A DNA stretch of 64,000 nucleotides from Candidatus Methanorbis basalitermitum (GTDB lineage: Archaea; Halobacteriota; Methanomicrobia; Methanomicrobiales; Methanocorpusculaceae), in contig JAITSY010000026.1 of NCBI GenBank assembly GCA_031287415.1, positions 3,503 to 67,502 of the forward strand, read 5' to 3'. The notes beneath the pieces are model-generated. The model was not told the origin of the DNA and ran no database searches. It saw only the letters and a list, made by a program, of their open reading frames with translations. Positions 20,636-30,389 of this stretch are shown here, piece by piece. The position numbers and the translations under genes are program-made. The stretch's first letter is position 1. Every line of letters begins with the position of its first letter.

Positions 20636-20953
20636 ATGGCACCCAAGAGTAAACACGCAGCAAAGGGACGGGTTACCGGCAGTTCCGGACGATTTGGTCC
20701 GCGATATGGTCGTTTCAATCGCAAAATGGTAAATGAGAGTGAGAAGATCTCCCGCGCAAAACACCTATGCCCGATGTGTGACACTGTGGCAGTCAAACGT
20801 GCCGGAACCGGCATCTGGAAGTGCAAGAAGTGTGGATATAAATATGCAGGTGGTGCATATGTTCCGCAGACCCCAGCCTTAAAAATCGTTCTTCGTTCCA
20901 TTGAGACCAAGGGAGTGGAACAAAATGGTCAGTTACAAGTGCGCCCGTTGTAA
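20636..20953 (+). CDS. rpl37ae: 50S ribosomal protein L37ae
   Basis: [27 protein letters not shown]. Confidence 0.95.
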   Translation: MAPKSKHAAKGRVTGSSGRFGPRYGRFNRKMVNESEKISRAKHLCPMCDTVAVKRAGTGIWKCKKCGYKYAGGAYVPQTPALKIVLRSIETKGVEQNGQLQVRPL

Positions 20954-21056
20954 GCAAACTGTTGAAATTGACGCAAATGTCCGTTGTCCCTACTGTGGAC
21001 ACCGTATTCTCTTTAAGGTGCGTGGGGCCGGAACGAAAGTGTTAAAAGCCAGATGA
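20925..21056 (+). CDS. rpoP: RNA polymerase subunit P (Rpo12), not in the ORF track
   Basis: [33 protein letters not shown]; canonical position. Confidence 0.93.
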   Translation: MVSYKCARCKQTVEIDANVRCPYCGHRILFKVRGAGTKVLKAR

Positions 21057-21454
21057 CCCTCGTAACTTCGTCGCGCAAACCGTCACCGGAAGTGCGCAAG
21101 CTCGCAAAGGAGATCGCCTTTGCGCTTGATCTCCCGTATGTTCAGCGGGGAAAAACCGGTCTTCGGAGGATGGATGCTGAAGATTCGGTAATCATTTTTC
21201 TGTCCAGTGCAAAGCGCGGTGGCCAGATATTTGCTCTGACGGTGAAAGGTCAGATTGTTTTTTCCATGCTGATTACCAACGTAGTAACGAGCAGGCGGAC
21301 AGAGCCATTCCATCACGGTTTTGTTATCCGGGAGCATGAGTTATATGATGTGCTGTCGCCGCATTTTCCGGTGATATTTGATGTGGATGCGCTTGGCCCG
21401 ATTGTGTTTTCCGGCACACAAAAGATGCAGTACATCCTGCAGGTTATGGTATGA
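21053..21454 (+). CDS. Short Brix/Imp4-like ribosome biogenesis protein
   Basis: VTSSRKPS...QRGK start; conserved position after rpoP. Confidence 0.7.
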   Translation: MTLVTSSRKPSPEVRKLAKEIAFALDLPYVQRGKTGLRRMDAEDSVIIFLSSAKRGGQIFALTVKGQIVFSMLITNVVTSRRTEPFHHGFVIREHELYDVLSPHFPVIFDVDALGPIVFSGTQKMQYILQVMV

Positions 21455-21687
21455 CGGCAACGCATGCAGCCGAGTTCCGGTTCGAGTGCCCATATGCGGA
21501 GATGATGTATGCAGTGCTCGCGCCAGAGGCAGACTCATATCCAAGAGAAAGGTCGCGGGTGCATCTCTCCCATGATAGGTGTTCTGTGACACTGTTTGTA
21601 GAGGCTGAGGACACAGCAGCCCTCCGGGCATCGCTCAATATGTGGCTACGCCTGGTAAATGTGTGCAAAGAAGTATTGGAGTTGTAA
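21451..21687 (+). CDS. pcc1: KEOPS subunit Pcc1
   Basis: EAEDTAALRASLNMWLRLV. Confidence 0.9.
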   Translation: MTATHAAEFRFECPYAEMMYAVLAPEADSYPRERSRVHLSHDRCSVTLFVEAEDTAALRASLNMWLRLVNVCKEVLEL

Positions 21688-21689
21688 AA

Positions 21690-22067
21690 ATGGCAAACCC
21701 ACAGGCGGGCATTTCCCCGCAAATTCAGCAGCAGCTGGCAATGTTTCAGCAGATTCAGCAACAACAGCAGCAGGTATCTTCCCAGAAGATGCAGTATGAG
21801 ATGACGCTTCGCGAGACCAAACGTGCCCTTGAGGAACTCAGCACCGCAGCAGAGGATACGGCTGTGTTCTTTTCAGCAGGTTCGATTCTGATCCAGAAAA
21901 AAAAGGGTGCAGTTGCAGCAGATCTTCAGGAGAGGATCGATTCGGTGGAGCTTCGGGTAGGTTCTCTTGACAAGCAGGAGAAGGCAATGACTGCAAAAGC
22001 AAGCCAACTGCAAAAACAGATTCAGGATGCACTCGCCATCCAAGGCGGTGGACAGGCTGCCCAATAA
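21690..22067 (+). CDS. pfdB: Prefoldin beta subunit
   Basis: Gln-rich helix, ALEEL, AGSILI hairpin; operon position. Confidence 0.92.
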   Translation: MANPQAGISPQIQQQLAMFQQIQQQQQQVSSQKMQYEMTLRETKRALEELSTAAEDTAVFFSAGSILIQKKKGAVAADLQERIDSVELRVGSLDKQEKAMTAKASQLQKQIQDALAIQGGGQAAQ

Positions 22068-22176
22068 TTTCTCGGAATTATCAGTTTGAATGGGAATTGT
22101 TCTTCAAATCTGAAATATAACAGCCTATATCAATAGAGAACGAAGAAACATCTATATATTACCACTAAAACCGATA
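22066..22176 (-). repeat. Repeat family A copy 3
   Basis: Reverse-complement match to copies 1 and 2; abuts the pfdB stop codon. Confidence 0.92.
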
Positions 22177-22298
22177 GGTTTATAATTTTTTCTGTTCTAT
22201 GGATAAGATTTCATCATCACAGCCAAATTTCGCACCAGTTTCGCGTTTTTCCATACTGCAATACACAGACATTTCCCCCAAACAGGTACGAAAAGATA

Positions 22299-22371
22299 CG
22301 CTCAAGTCGGAATTCGAATCCGAGTCGATGCCGTGACAGGGCATCATGATAGGCCACTACACTACTTGAGC
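22299..22371 (-). tRNA. tRNA-Asp(GUC)
   Basis: gctcaag/cttgagc acceptor stem, anticodon arm gatgcc-ctGTCac-ggcatc, ttcgaat T-loop. Confidence 0.95.
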
Positions 22372-22404
22372 ACAAGAAATTTCTGACTGCGGTCACGAAA
22401 ATGA

Positions 22405-22510
22405 TCCCGACTCCCGGATTCGAACCGGGGACATCGCGGTAGCCGCGCAGTATGCCCGCAGACATGAATCTTACTACAGCCGCGCACTCTACCATCTGAG
22501 TTAAGTCGGG
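22405..22510 (-). tRNA. tRNA-Tyr(GUA) with an intron of about 33 nt at 37/38
   Basis: C1-G72 acceptor cccgact/agtcggg, cgcgg-ctGTAg[intron]a-ccgcg, ggttcgaatcc. Confidence 0.92.
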
Positions 22511-22805
22511 ATGACTGCTCTAATAACAATGCTGTTTTCAGATATAAACATGACGCTTCGCGTGATATTACGCATAAAAAAGGGCTTACTTCGGTTATCT
22601 GGGACCTGGCGATATGATCGGCGTTTTTGGAACGGCAGAGAAATCAGCAGTACTGAGTTTCCCTGGTTCTCATTTTTTATCAAGCCAATTTTCTGCAGGT
22701 CGATAGGCAGGCGGGATGACATTCCAGTATCATGTTGTTTTTGGCATACATCCCTCGGGAACAGGCTGCCTGATACCGGGTATCTCTATCATTCCGTTTT
22801 CGAAT

Positions 22806-22918
22806 ATAGTTTTGAAATTATCAGTTTGAATGGGAACTGTTCTTCAAATCTGAAATATAACAGTCAATATCAATAGAGAATAAAGAAATAAAGAGATAGT
22901 GAGTAACTAAAACCGATA
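22806..22918 (-). repeat. Repeat family A copy 4
   Basis: Reverse-complement match with a 2-nt insertion in the variable part. Confidence 0.9.
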
Positions 22919-23019
22919 ATTCCATACATATGCCTTAACATCCAAAATAAGATCGCCCATCTCAAAAAACGAAGAAAAATCACGAAAAAATACCATTTTG
23001 GTCTTTTGCTTGCGGTCAC

Positions 23020-23400
23020 GGCCGTAGTAACGTGTATCGCGCCTGCGGTGACGCTGTCAGGAAACCCGCCGACCCTGTAAAAGCAGGATACAGCTTTGGC
23101 GGCGGGTATACGGATAAGGCCTCTGCACGAGGGCATGGAACTTCGGCAACCCTATTCGGGGAGACATGCCCCTGCATGCCAAATGGATCCCGGGAGGAAC
23201 AGTGACACCAGCTCCCATGGCGACCAAAGAACCTGCAGTGAAACCGCCCGAAGCATCAGCGGTGCCGACTGCGCAGCCCGTGCCCACCCCATCAGGCACC
23301 TCTACACCTCCAACTAAGACTCCAAACACCACGCGCGATTCGACATGGCCCACCAAGCTACTGGCAGCGGGCGTACTGATCCGAGAAAGAGACAGAGCAC
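23020..23400 (+). pseudogene. Remnant of a cell-surface protein (InlB B/Listeria-Bacteroides repeat, Pro/Thr linker, decayed C-terminal anchor)
   Basis: KPADPVKAGYSFGG.YTD then, after a frameshift, WNFGNPIRGDMPLHAKW; PT-rich linker; TKTP...LLAAGVLIRER; no start or signal peptide. Confidence 0.7.
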
Positions 23401-23529
23401 TCTTCTTCTGCACCTTTTTCAGAAACTATCCAGTGAAATCCCTGGCAGACAGGAATCACGCTTTTGGCATCCCCTATCCAGGCTGGAAAAACACTGACAA
23501 TCCGTCTGCGGTGACCCGTCATCTCTTAA

Positions 23530-23580
23530 GCTGCAAAACAAAAGGCTTTGCAGCCCTGCGAGACAACGAAGTCGCACGGC
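23530..23580 (-). repeat. Repeat family C (GCTGCAAAGCC hairpin)
   Basis: Reverse complement gcgacttcgttgtctcgcagggctgcaaagcc matches the 56807-56857 copy. Confidence 0.8.
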
Positions 23581-23661
23581 ACTTCCAGGCACGGGCTTTG
23601 TCGTGCGCCCTGATCAATACATGCATGGAGAAAAATTCATAGTTGTCTGGCACCATCTCTC

Positions 23662-23934
23662 ATGCAAATGACCAAATACGGATTTGCAGTGATCGCTTGC
23701 CCAAAATGCAGGCAGATGCAGGTTACCAATCTCGCGCACGCGACAAAAACCTGTGCCTGCGGAAACAAAATGCATCTGGCAAAGGCAAAGCTCCTTGTCA
23801 TCTGTGATTCGGCTGATAGAGCAAGGGATGCACTCAGAACGCTTGCCACACCAGGAAACGCTGATTTTGTGTCAGCCGCGCGAATACGATGTTTTTCACT
23901 TGTCAAAGAGACGTGGAAAAAAGACATGGACTGA
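23662..23934 (+). CDS. Small zinc-ribbon protein (DUF1922-like)
   Basis: VIACPKC...KTCACG. Confidence 0.6.
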   Translation: MQMTKYGFAVIACPKCRQMQVTNLAHATKTCACGNKMHLAKAKLLVICDSADRARDALRTLATPGNADFVSAARIRCFSLVKETWKKDMD

Positions 23935-23940
23935 AAATAA

Positions 23941-24204
23941 TCAGTCAAGCGGGACTGCTTCAAGAACGGAAACAAGTTCCCATATGCGGGTGCGGGCATA
24001 CACTGGCATGTTCGGATCGTTGCTGATCTCATCTATCAATGACAGGGCATCGGCCGCACGAAGACCGGTGGTCTTCCTTTCATCAAGAAGTAATGTTTTT
24101 GTTTCATTTGCAACGCGGCGGATGTTGCGGGGAATTGTATTGTCCTCGCTGATTGCCTGAAGCATCATCACACACTGTTTAATCATATTTTCCGGGCTTG
24201 CCAT
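23941..24204 (-). CDS. UPF0147 family protein
   Basis: [28 protein letters not shown]. Confidence 0.93.
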   Translation of the reverse strand: MASPENMIKQCVMMLQAISEDNTIPRNIRRVANETKTLLLDERKTTGLRAADALSLIDEISNDPNMPVYARTRIWELVSVLEAVPLD

Positions 24205-24339
24205 GGTAAAAATCCCTCCTGAAGCTGGGGTACCCTGCGGAACAGGATAACGACCCCCAAAACTATGTTTTAGATTAGAGTGTCCACAGTGATAAAGGAT
24301 GCCATCTATATGTGCCGAGCGAAATACTACTATTGTATC

Positions 24340-24777
24340 ATGAATGAAGATGCACGAAAACCCGATGAGATTATGGCCGAGTATCTTCTTGGCGGTGCCA
24401 AGATGCTAGCAGAACTATGTCCAACATGCAGGGCACCGATGTTTGAGGTGCAGGGTAAACACATGTGTGTGGTCTGTGCGGAGCGTCCAAGCGGTGCAAG
24501 TACCGCATCATCAGCATCGGCAAGCCCGGTGGAAAAAGTGGTGGTTGCTGCTGATGGGAAGAACGGGCTGCCAGACACCCTGCAGGTGATCACACCGAAG
24601 TATGCGGCTGCCCGCATGACAACGGTCCCGGTTTCCGGAGAGATTCATGCACGGTTTGACGCTCTGATTCTGCAGTTCTGCGCGCGTGCAGAAAATGAGC
24701 CGGATCCCGCACGCTGCCTGTCGTATATGGAGTGCATCAGAACCGCAGCGGAAGCGCGGACGATACTGAACCGCTGA
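24340..24777 (+). CDS. UPF0148/autoantigen p27-like zinc-ribbon protein
   Basis: [24 protein letters not shown]...CVVC. Confidence 0.85.
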   Translation: MNEDARKPDEIMAEYLLGGAKMLAELCPTCRAPMFEVQGKHMCVVCAERPSGASTASSASASPVEKVVVAADGKNGLPDTLQVITPKYAAARMTTVPVSGEIHARFDALILQFCARAENEPDPARCLSYMECIRTAAEARTILNR

Positions 24778-24820
24778 AACAATGGTTTTAAAGAAACAGG
24801 CCCTCATACAAAATAGAGAC

Positions 24821-25360
24821 ATGAAGGTAATCGGTGTTGTCGGTTATCCAGCAAGTGGAAAGGGTGAATTTTCCAACATTGCCGAAAAACTCGGCATTCC
24901 GGTTGTGGTAATGGGAGATCTGATCCGGCGGCGGGTGACTGCCGCGGGCCTTGCCATCACCGATGAGAATACAGGAGCAGAAGCCCGCAGACTCCGTGAG
25001 AGATTTGGTATGGAGGCGGTTGCGATACTGACCGCAGAGGAGATTCGCAAGCAGGGTGCGAATGTAGTAGTGATCGATGGTATCCGGGGCGATGCCGAAG
25101 TCCGCTACTTTCAGTCGATGTTTGCAGACTTCCGGCTCGTGGCAATTGAGGCTGCCTTTGCAGTGCGTCTTGGGAGAATGCAGTCGCGAGGCAGAAGCGA
25201 TGATACGGTCACCGCCGAAGGCCTGATAAGACGGGATGAGCGGGAAAACTCGTTCGGCCTTGCGACGGCGATGGCTCTTGCACAGACGCATCTTGGGAAC
25301 GAGCCCACACTGGAGGCATATGAGGCAACGGTGAGAAGGTTTTTTGCGGAGGGAGTATGA
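24821..25360 (+). CDS. UPF0200 nucleotide kinase (dephospho-CoA kinase-like)
   Basis: GYPASGKG P-loop, MGDLIR, IDGIRG, RGRSDD, RDERE. Confidence 0.85.
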   Translation: MKVIGVVGYPASGKGEFSNIAEKLGIPVVVMGDLIRRRVTAAGLAITDENTGAEARRLRERFGMEAVAILTAEEIRKQGANVVVIDGIRGDAEVRYFQSMFADFRLVAIEAAFAVRLGRMQSRGRSDDTVTAEGLIRRDERENSFGLATAMALAQTHLGNEPTLEAYEATVRRFFAEGV

Positions 25361-26136
25361 AGGTGTATTTTGCGTCATCACGATGTTCTCTCAAAAATCC
25401 AGAGAGCTGGGTTGCAGGGATTGCGGATGCTGGATTTGATGGATGGGAGATATCCATGGATGGCTGGTTCCACGGCGTTGGGGATATCCCGCGGCAGTTT
25501 CCGAGTATCAAGAAGATGCTCAAAGAGACAGGACTTGAGTCGTCAGTGCATCTGCCGTTTTCGGGTCTGAATCCGGCATCACTGAATGCGGACATCTGGA
25601 ACACCACAGTGAGCCAGCTTTCTGCCTGCATCGATCATGCAGCAGAACTTGCGGACACCATTGTATTGCATCCAGGGTACCTTGAGCCGAACGGACGGGA
25701 AGTAACGTCTGTGGCATGGAACCATCACAAAAAGGCGTTGATCAGGCTTGGAGAAGCTGCAGAGCGTGCCGGGGTCATAGTGGCGATAGAGAATATGCCG
25801 AATCTTGCGGATTTTTACTGCCGCGATCCGTATGAACTGGCTGGATTTGCGGACGAAGTGCCGGAGATCAGCATAACGTTTGATGTGGGGCATGCACACA
25901 CGAATGACAATCTGGATGTGTTCTGCAGAGTGGTGCTGCCGCGGGCAGACCATCTTCACATCCATGACAACTACGGCAAATACGATGAGCATCTCCCACT
26001 TGGAAATGGATCTATCGACTGGAAGAAGATCATGCCGAAGATCAAGGCAGGCTATCAAGGAGATATCATGGTGGTTGAGGGGAGGACCCCGGCGGAAGGG
26101 ATGATCAGTCTGCATCTGATTCAGGAGTGGTTTTGA
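25357..26136 (+). CDS. Sugar phosphate isomerase/AP endonuclease 2 TIM-barrel protein
   Basis: HLPF..LNPAS, HPG, ENMP, DVGHAH, HIHDN...DEHLPLG. Confidence 0.85.
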   Translation: MKVYFASSRCSLKNPESWVAGIADAGFDGWEISMDGWFHGVGDIPRQFPSIKKMLKETGLESSVHLPFSGLNPASLNADIWNTTVSQLSACIDHAAELADTIVLHPGYLEPNGREVTSVAWNHHKKALIRLGEAAERAGVIVAIENMPNLADFYCRDPYELAGFADEVPEISITFDVGHAHTNDNLDVFCRVVLPRADHLHIHDNYGKYDEHLPLGNGSIDWKKIMPKIKAGYQGDIMVVEGRTPAEGMISLHLIQEWF

Positions 26137-27081
26137 ATGGTGGGCGGCGAAACACTGTTTGTATATTTCCTTGGGACAGCCGGGGCACTGCCGACACCAA
26201 ACAGGAATCCGTCCTGCATTATGGTCCGCCGGGGATCGGATACACTGCTCTTCGACTGCGGAGAAGGTGCACAGCAGCAGATGATGCGGGCGAAAACTGG
26301 GTTTGCAGTGAACGCAATCTTTGTGACGCACTGGCATGCAGATCATTATCTAGGTATCTTCGGTCTGGTGGAGACGATGACGTTCTGCGGAAGGACCGAA
26401 CCGTTGACGATCTATGGCCCGCCTGGTGTTGTCGGGTTTGTTGAGATAATTCACCGGCTGACCCCGAGAATTCCGTTTGTTCTGCATGCAACAGAGGTTG
26501 CCGACAGGGATGTGATGCTGTTTGCCGGCTACTCGGTGGTAGCATTTAAGACGTATCACGGCATCGACAGTGTGGGCTATGTGCTGGAGGAGGATATGCG
26601 GCCTGGTAGGTTCAATCGGGATGCTGCACTTGCGCTTGGTGTTCCTCCCGGTCCACTGTTCGGCAGACTGCAACGAGGCGAAACGGTGCAGATCATCCGC
26701 GGTGATGCAGAGGAGGTTTGGGTGACGCCGGATCAGGTGATGGGCAGTCGCCGTCGTGGCAGAAAAATTGTGTACACCGGCGATACTCGTCCGGTGAAGA
26801 ACAAAAATGATCTTCTGGAAGGAGCAGACCTGTTGATTCACGAGGCAACGTTTGCTGAGGACGAAGGGCAGGCCCGGGCAAAGGAGGTTTGGCACTCCAC
26901 GGCACTCGAAGCGGGAATGCTTGCCGCTGCTGCTCATTCGAGGATTTTGGCATTGGTGCACTTCAGTTCACGCTACACGACGGCGGCTGGCCATATACAG
27001 GATGCGAAGGCGTGCTTCAACGGTGAGGTCATTGCACCGGCAGATCTGGTGATGATTGAGATTCCGTTCCCGAGTGAGTAA
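26137..27081 (+). CDS. rnz: Ribonuclease Z
   Basis: LGTAG..P, DCGEG, THWHADH, GVPPGP exosite, YTGDT, HEATF, HFSSRY. Confidence 0.96.
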   Translation: MVGGETLFVYFLGTAGALPTPNRNPSCIMVRRGSDTLLFDCGEGAQQQMMRAKTGFAVNAIFVTHWHADHYLGIFGLVETMTFCGRTEPLTIYGPPGVVGFVEIIHRLTPRIPFVLHATEVADRDVMLFAGYSVVAFKTYHGIDSVGYVLEEDMRPGRFNRDAALALGVPPGPLFGRLQRGETVQIIRGDAEEVWVTPDQVMGSRRRGRKIVYTGDTRPVKNKNDLLEGADLLIHEATFAEDEGQARAKEVWHSTALEAGMLAAAAHSRILALVHFSSRYTTAAGHIQDAKACFNGEVIAPADLVMIEIPFPSE

Positions 27082-27131
27082 GATGACGGGATAATATCCG
27101 GTATTGAAACATAAAGCATGCGAAAAATACA

Positions 27132-27188
27132 AGTTGCATGGCAGCGAAACCCGCTGTGTTAGCGTAATCTCTATTAGGGGCATGCAGC
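27132..27188 (-). repeat. Repeat family B short copy between convergent rnz and hypF
   Basis: Reverse complement gctgcatgcccctaatagagattacgc...tcgctgccatgcaact has both conserved ends. Confidence 0.8.
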
Positions 27189-27269
27189 AACTCCCTGTTT
27201 GCTATCCGATAATTTTGGGGCTGCAGCACCTGAATTTTTTGGGGGCAGGGCACGTCTTTTGTCCGCGCA

Positions 27270-29504
27270 TTACAACTTCCCAGCCTTTGATCGTGCACCT
27301 GCCATTACCACCTGACCACAGGAGATGCACCCATCACCAAATGGATACCGCGGATTAATCAGACAGGGAACTCCCGCATCCCCAAGCACTGCAAAAATCG
27401 TCTCTCGGATCGAACGGTTGATTGCAACACCGCCCGAAAGTGCCGCTTTCGGTACACCCATTTGATTGCAGGAACGGATAGCCAGTTCTGCAATACCCTG
27501 GGAAAGAGCAGTCTGCACCGACGCTGCTACATCCTCTTTCCGCATGCCGCGCGCAAGCATCGCACGCCCCTCTCTGAGAAGCTCGGATGTCATAAGCACA
27601 TCTCCTCTGCCCTCCCCGGCGCAAATTCGCACATCCATCGGCTGCGGTGTGCCACGGGCCGCATGGGCCTCTAGAACCATCGACGGTTCCCCATCATACG
27701 TCCGCTCGCAGCAGATGCCAAGGAGTGCCGCCACCGCATCCAGCGCCCGTCCCATTGAGGTTGTCGCCGGGCAGTTGAACTTCTGTGCGGTCTGTTGCGA
27801 GAGAATTCGCAGAGCCGCCTCATTCCAGCCGCGGCTTCTCAGCAGCTCCAGCGTAGCGTCATCGGGAAGAATGCCGTAAAGCATTCGCTCTGGAAACCGC
27901 GCCGCAAGGTCGCCGCCCGGCATCAACACCTGTTCCAGATGTCCAGTCCGGGTGTAACCATCCTCCGGGGACCCCGTCAAAATTTCCCCGCCCCAGATCG
28001 TCGCATCACTTCCGTACCCCACTCCGTCAATCGCAATCCCCACAACCTCCTCCGTCGTCACTGAAGCGATATGCGCCTGGTGATGCTGCACGGGGCAGAG
28101 TGCCGCTCCATAATCTTCTGCTAATTCACGGGCAACTTTTGTACTGAAAAACTGCGGATGGAGATCATGGGCAATAATATCTGGCTTAGCTCCGGTAAGA
28201 TCCGTCAGCTTTGCAATCGTCTCCTTCAGATACAGAGCAGTCGGAAGATTGCGGATATTACCGATATGCGGCGACGTCACCACAAACCCTCCCTTATAGA
28301 TGGTTGCATTTGCATTCAGCTCGGGACCGACCCCGAGGATCTGTGCAGCTCCGAGGTCCATTGCAGTTCGAAGCGGTGCAAGGCCGCGCGACAGCCGAAT
28401 AATACACCCATCACGGACAACCGAGTCATCACACCGGTTAGCAATCTTGCGGTCGTGTGACAAAATAAACTCCGCCGTGCCACCCATCCGTTCGACAACA
28501 TATGAAGTTTCCGTAATCATTGGTATCCCGGACGCATTCGCACTCGTCATCACCAGCAGAGGATGCTCCAGCCGTTCAAACAGCAGGTGATGCAGACCCG
28601 TGTACGGCAGCATCACTCCCAGATTGTGCAGCTCCGAGAGATCAAAATGTGCCGCAGGCTCCAGCTTGTCCAGAACCATTATTGGATGCACGGGTCCAGT
28701 GAGCATCTCCCGCTCCACATCCGTCAGCGGCACCACATATGCAGAAAGCGACTCGGGTTTTATCATTACCGCAAGAGACTGGTGCAACCGTCCAAGCAAC
28801 TGTTTCAGGCGGGATGCCTGCTCCTCCACACAGCAGAGGTGAAAGCCACCAACTCCGCGAACCGCAACAATATGTCCCGCATCAAGTAGTTCTGCTGTCT
28901 TTGCAATTGGATCCTGGGTTTCTACCAGAATCCCTGCCCCTGTCATCAGAGAGAGTTCCGGTCCGCATGCTGCGCAGCAAATCGTTTGGGCATGGTGCCG
29001 CCGATTTCCTGGATTGCCGTAATCTGCAAGACAATCCTCGCACGGAGGATATGCATTCATCGATATTCGCTCCCGATCGTAGGGCACCGCATGGATGATG
29101 CTGTACCGCGGGCCGCAGTCGGTACATGACGTTGCCCAGTAGCCGTGATATCGGCTCTTTGGATCCAGAATATCCTCCAAACATTTGTCGCAGGTTGCAA
29201 TGTCCGCCGGGATGAATCCGGTTCGTGCCCCATCTGCGCTTGGTAGAATCGAAAAATTCTGCGGGATTATCGTTCCCACCGGCAGCGGTTCGACCGTCAC
29301 CACGTCGATGATCGACATCTTCGGCCCCTGGGAAACCGTCTCGCAGAACTCATCAAACCGGTCACCGCAGGCGGTGATCTCCACTTCGCTCCCATGGTTG
29401 ATCACCGTGCCGCGTACGCCGAACTGCACGGCTGTTGCATATACAAACGGGCGGAACCCCACGCCCTGAACAACACCGCGCAAAATGATTCTGCCGCAAT
29501 ACAT
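27270..29504 (-). CDS. hypF: Hydrogenase maturation carbamoyltransferase HypF
   Basis: GVVQGVGFRPF, zinc fingers, GGFHL, DDSV, HDLHP, QHHQAH, DGVGYG. Confidence 0.96.
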   Translation of the reverse strand: MYCGRIILRGVVQGVGFRPFVYATAVQFGVRGTVINHGSEVEITACGDRFDEFCETVSQGPKMSIIDVVTVEPLPVGTIIPQNFSILPSADGARTGFIPADIATCDKCLEDILDPKSRYHGYWATSCTDCGPRYSIIHAVPYDRERISMNAYPPCEDCLADYGNPGNRRHHAQTICCAACGPELSLMTGAGILVETQDPIAKTAELLDAGHIVAVRGVGGFHLCCVEEQASRLKQLLGRLHQSLAVMIKPESLSAYVVPLTDVEREMLTGPVHPIMVLDKLEPAAHFDLSELHNLGVMLPYTGLHHLLFERLEHPLLVMTSANASGIPMITETSYVVERMGGTAEFILSHDRKIANRCDDSVVRDGCIIRLSRGLAPLRTAMDLGAAQILGVGPELNANATIYKGGFVVTSPHIGNIRNLPTALYLKETIAKLTDLTGAKPDIIAHDLHPQFFSTKVARELAEDYGAALCPVQHHQAHIASVTTEEVVGIAIDGVGYGSDATIWGGEILTGSPEDGYTRTGHLEQVLMPGGDLAARFPERMLYGILPDDATLELLRSRGWNEAALRILSQQTAQKFNCPATTSMGRALDAVAALLGICCERTYDGEPSMVLEAHAARGTPQPMDVRICAGEGRGDVLMTSELLREGRAMLARGMRKEDVAASVQTALSQGIAELAIRSCNQMGVPKAALSGGVAINRSIRETIFAVLGDAGVPCLINPRYPFGDGCISCGQVVMAGARSKAGKL

Positions 29505-29581
29505 TTACTCACTTAAAAACCATTATAGAACCACGGACAATATAAGTGTAGGGTTTCTGCATCAGAACTCCGGAGAAGACC

Positions 29582-30389
29582 ATGCCCGCCAATCCCGTAG
29601 CAAATATGCTTAGAAACAAGCGTGAGACCACACGCATCCGGATCCTTGTCAGAGTCGCAGAGCACCAGCCATCCATCCACCTGCAGGAGATAGCCGAAAA
29701 ACGTGGCGTCATCCCCCAAGATATCTCAGAATACGTCCGCGATCTTGCCGAAGAGGGCTTCATCGGTGCTGAAGGCCGGGGACACTACTATGTCACCCAT
29801 AAGGGGGTTGAATGGGTGCTTAACAATGCCGGGGTCCCCAAAACCTATGCCCAGCATGTTTGCCGTGATATCATCCATCAGGTTACCACCAGGGCAGTAA
29901 TTGCCAATTCCGATCTGAAAGCTGACGATTCCATTGACGTTTACACGAAGGGCGTGTGACTGTATGCCAGCAGCAAGCCGCAGACGGCGATGGACAAGGT
30001 TAATTACGGGCACAAATGCCGGCAGGGACGTGGGTGTTGCCAGGATTGCCAGTATCATTGACCACACCGAAGGCAAAACTGATGTGGCCAAAGACCAGCA
30101 GATTGAATGCGGAGAATATAGACTGAACCCGGAAGAGAACCTTCGTCCATTGGTAAAAGAAGCGAATTTTGTTGGTGCGATCAGCCTTGAGGTATACCTT
30201 GCACGCAAAATGGTCAGTGTCACTCCTGACTGTTCATTTGGTGCACGGGAAGGCACCATTGAGGCCGTGTTCCACGATATGCGCTACCTCACTCTCATCG
30301 TCGACGAAGAGTTCATCGACTTCCTCAAACGACTTGAGACAGCCGGTCTCTCTACACAATACACGAACTGGTGGGTCAATAAATGGTAA
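29582..30389 (+). pseudogene. Winged-helix (MarR/Crp-like) conserved archaeal regulator, frameshifted
   Basis: HTH QEIAEKRGVIPQDISEY, GRGHYYVT.KGVEW; split into 29582-29959 and 29934-30389 with apparent deletions. Confidence 0.75.

Noticed and set aside
20585-20636. Exosome genes rrp4/41/42 missing from the superoperon
   Set aside because: Exosome loss is established for Methanomicrobiales and is not specific to this genome
23030-23340. GC-rich stretch near tRNAs considered as SRP (7S) RNA
   Set aside because: No helix-8 motif found; it translates to an InlB-B repeat and Pro/Thr linker
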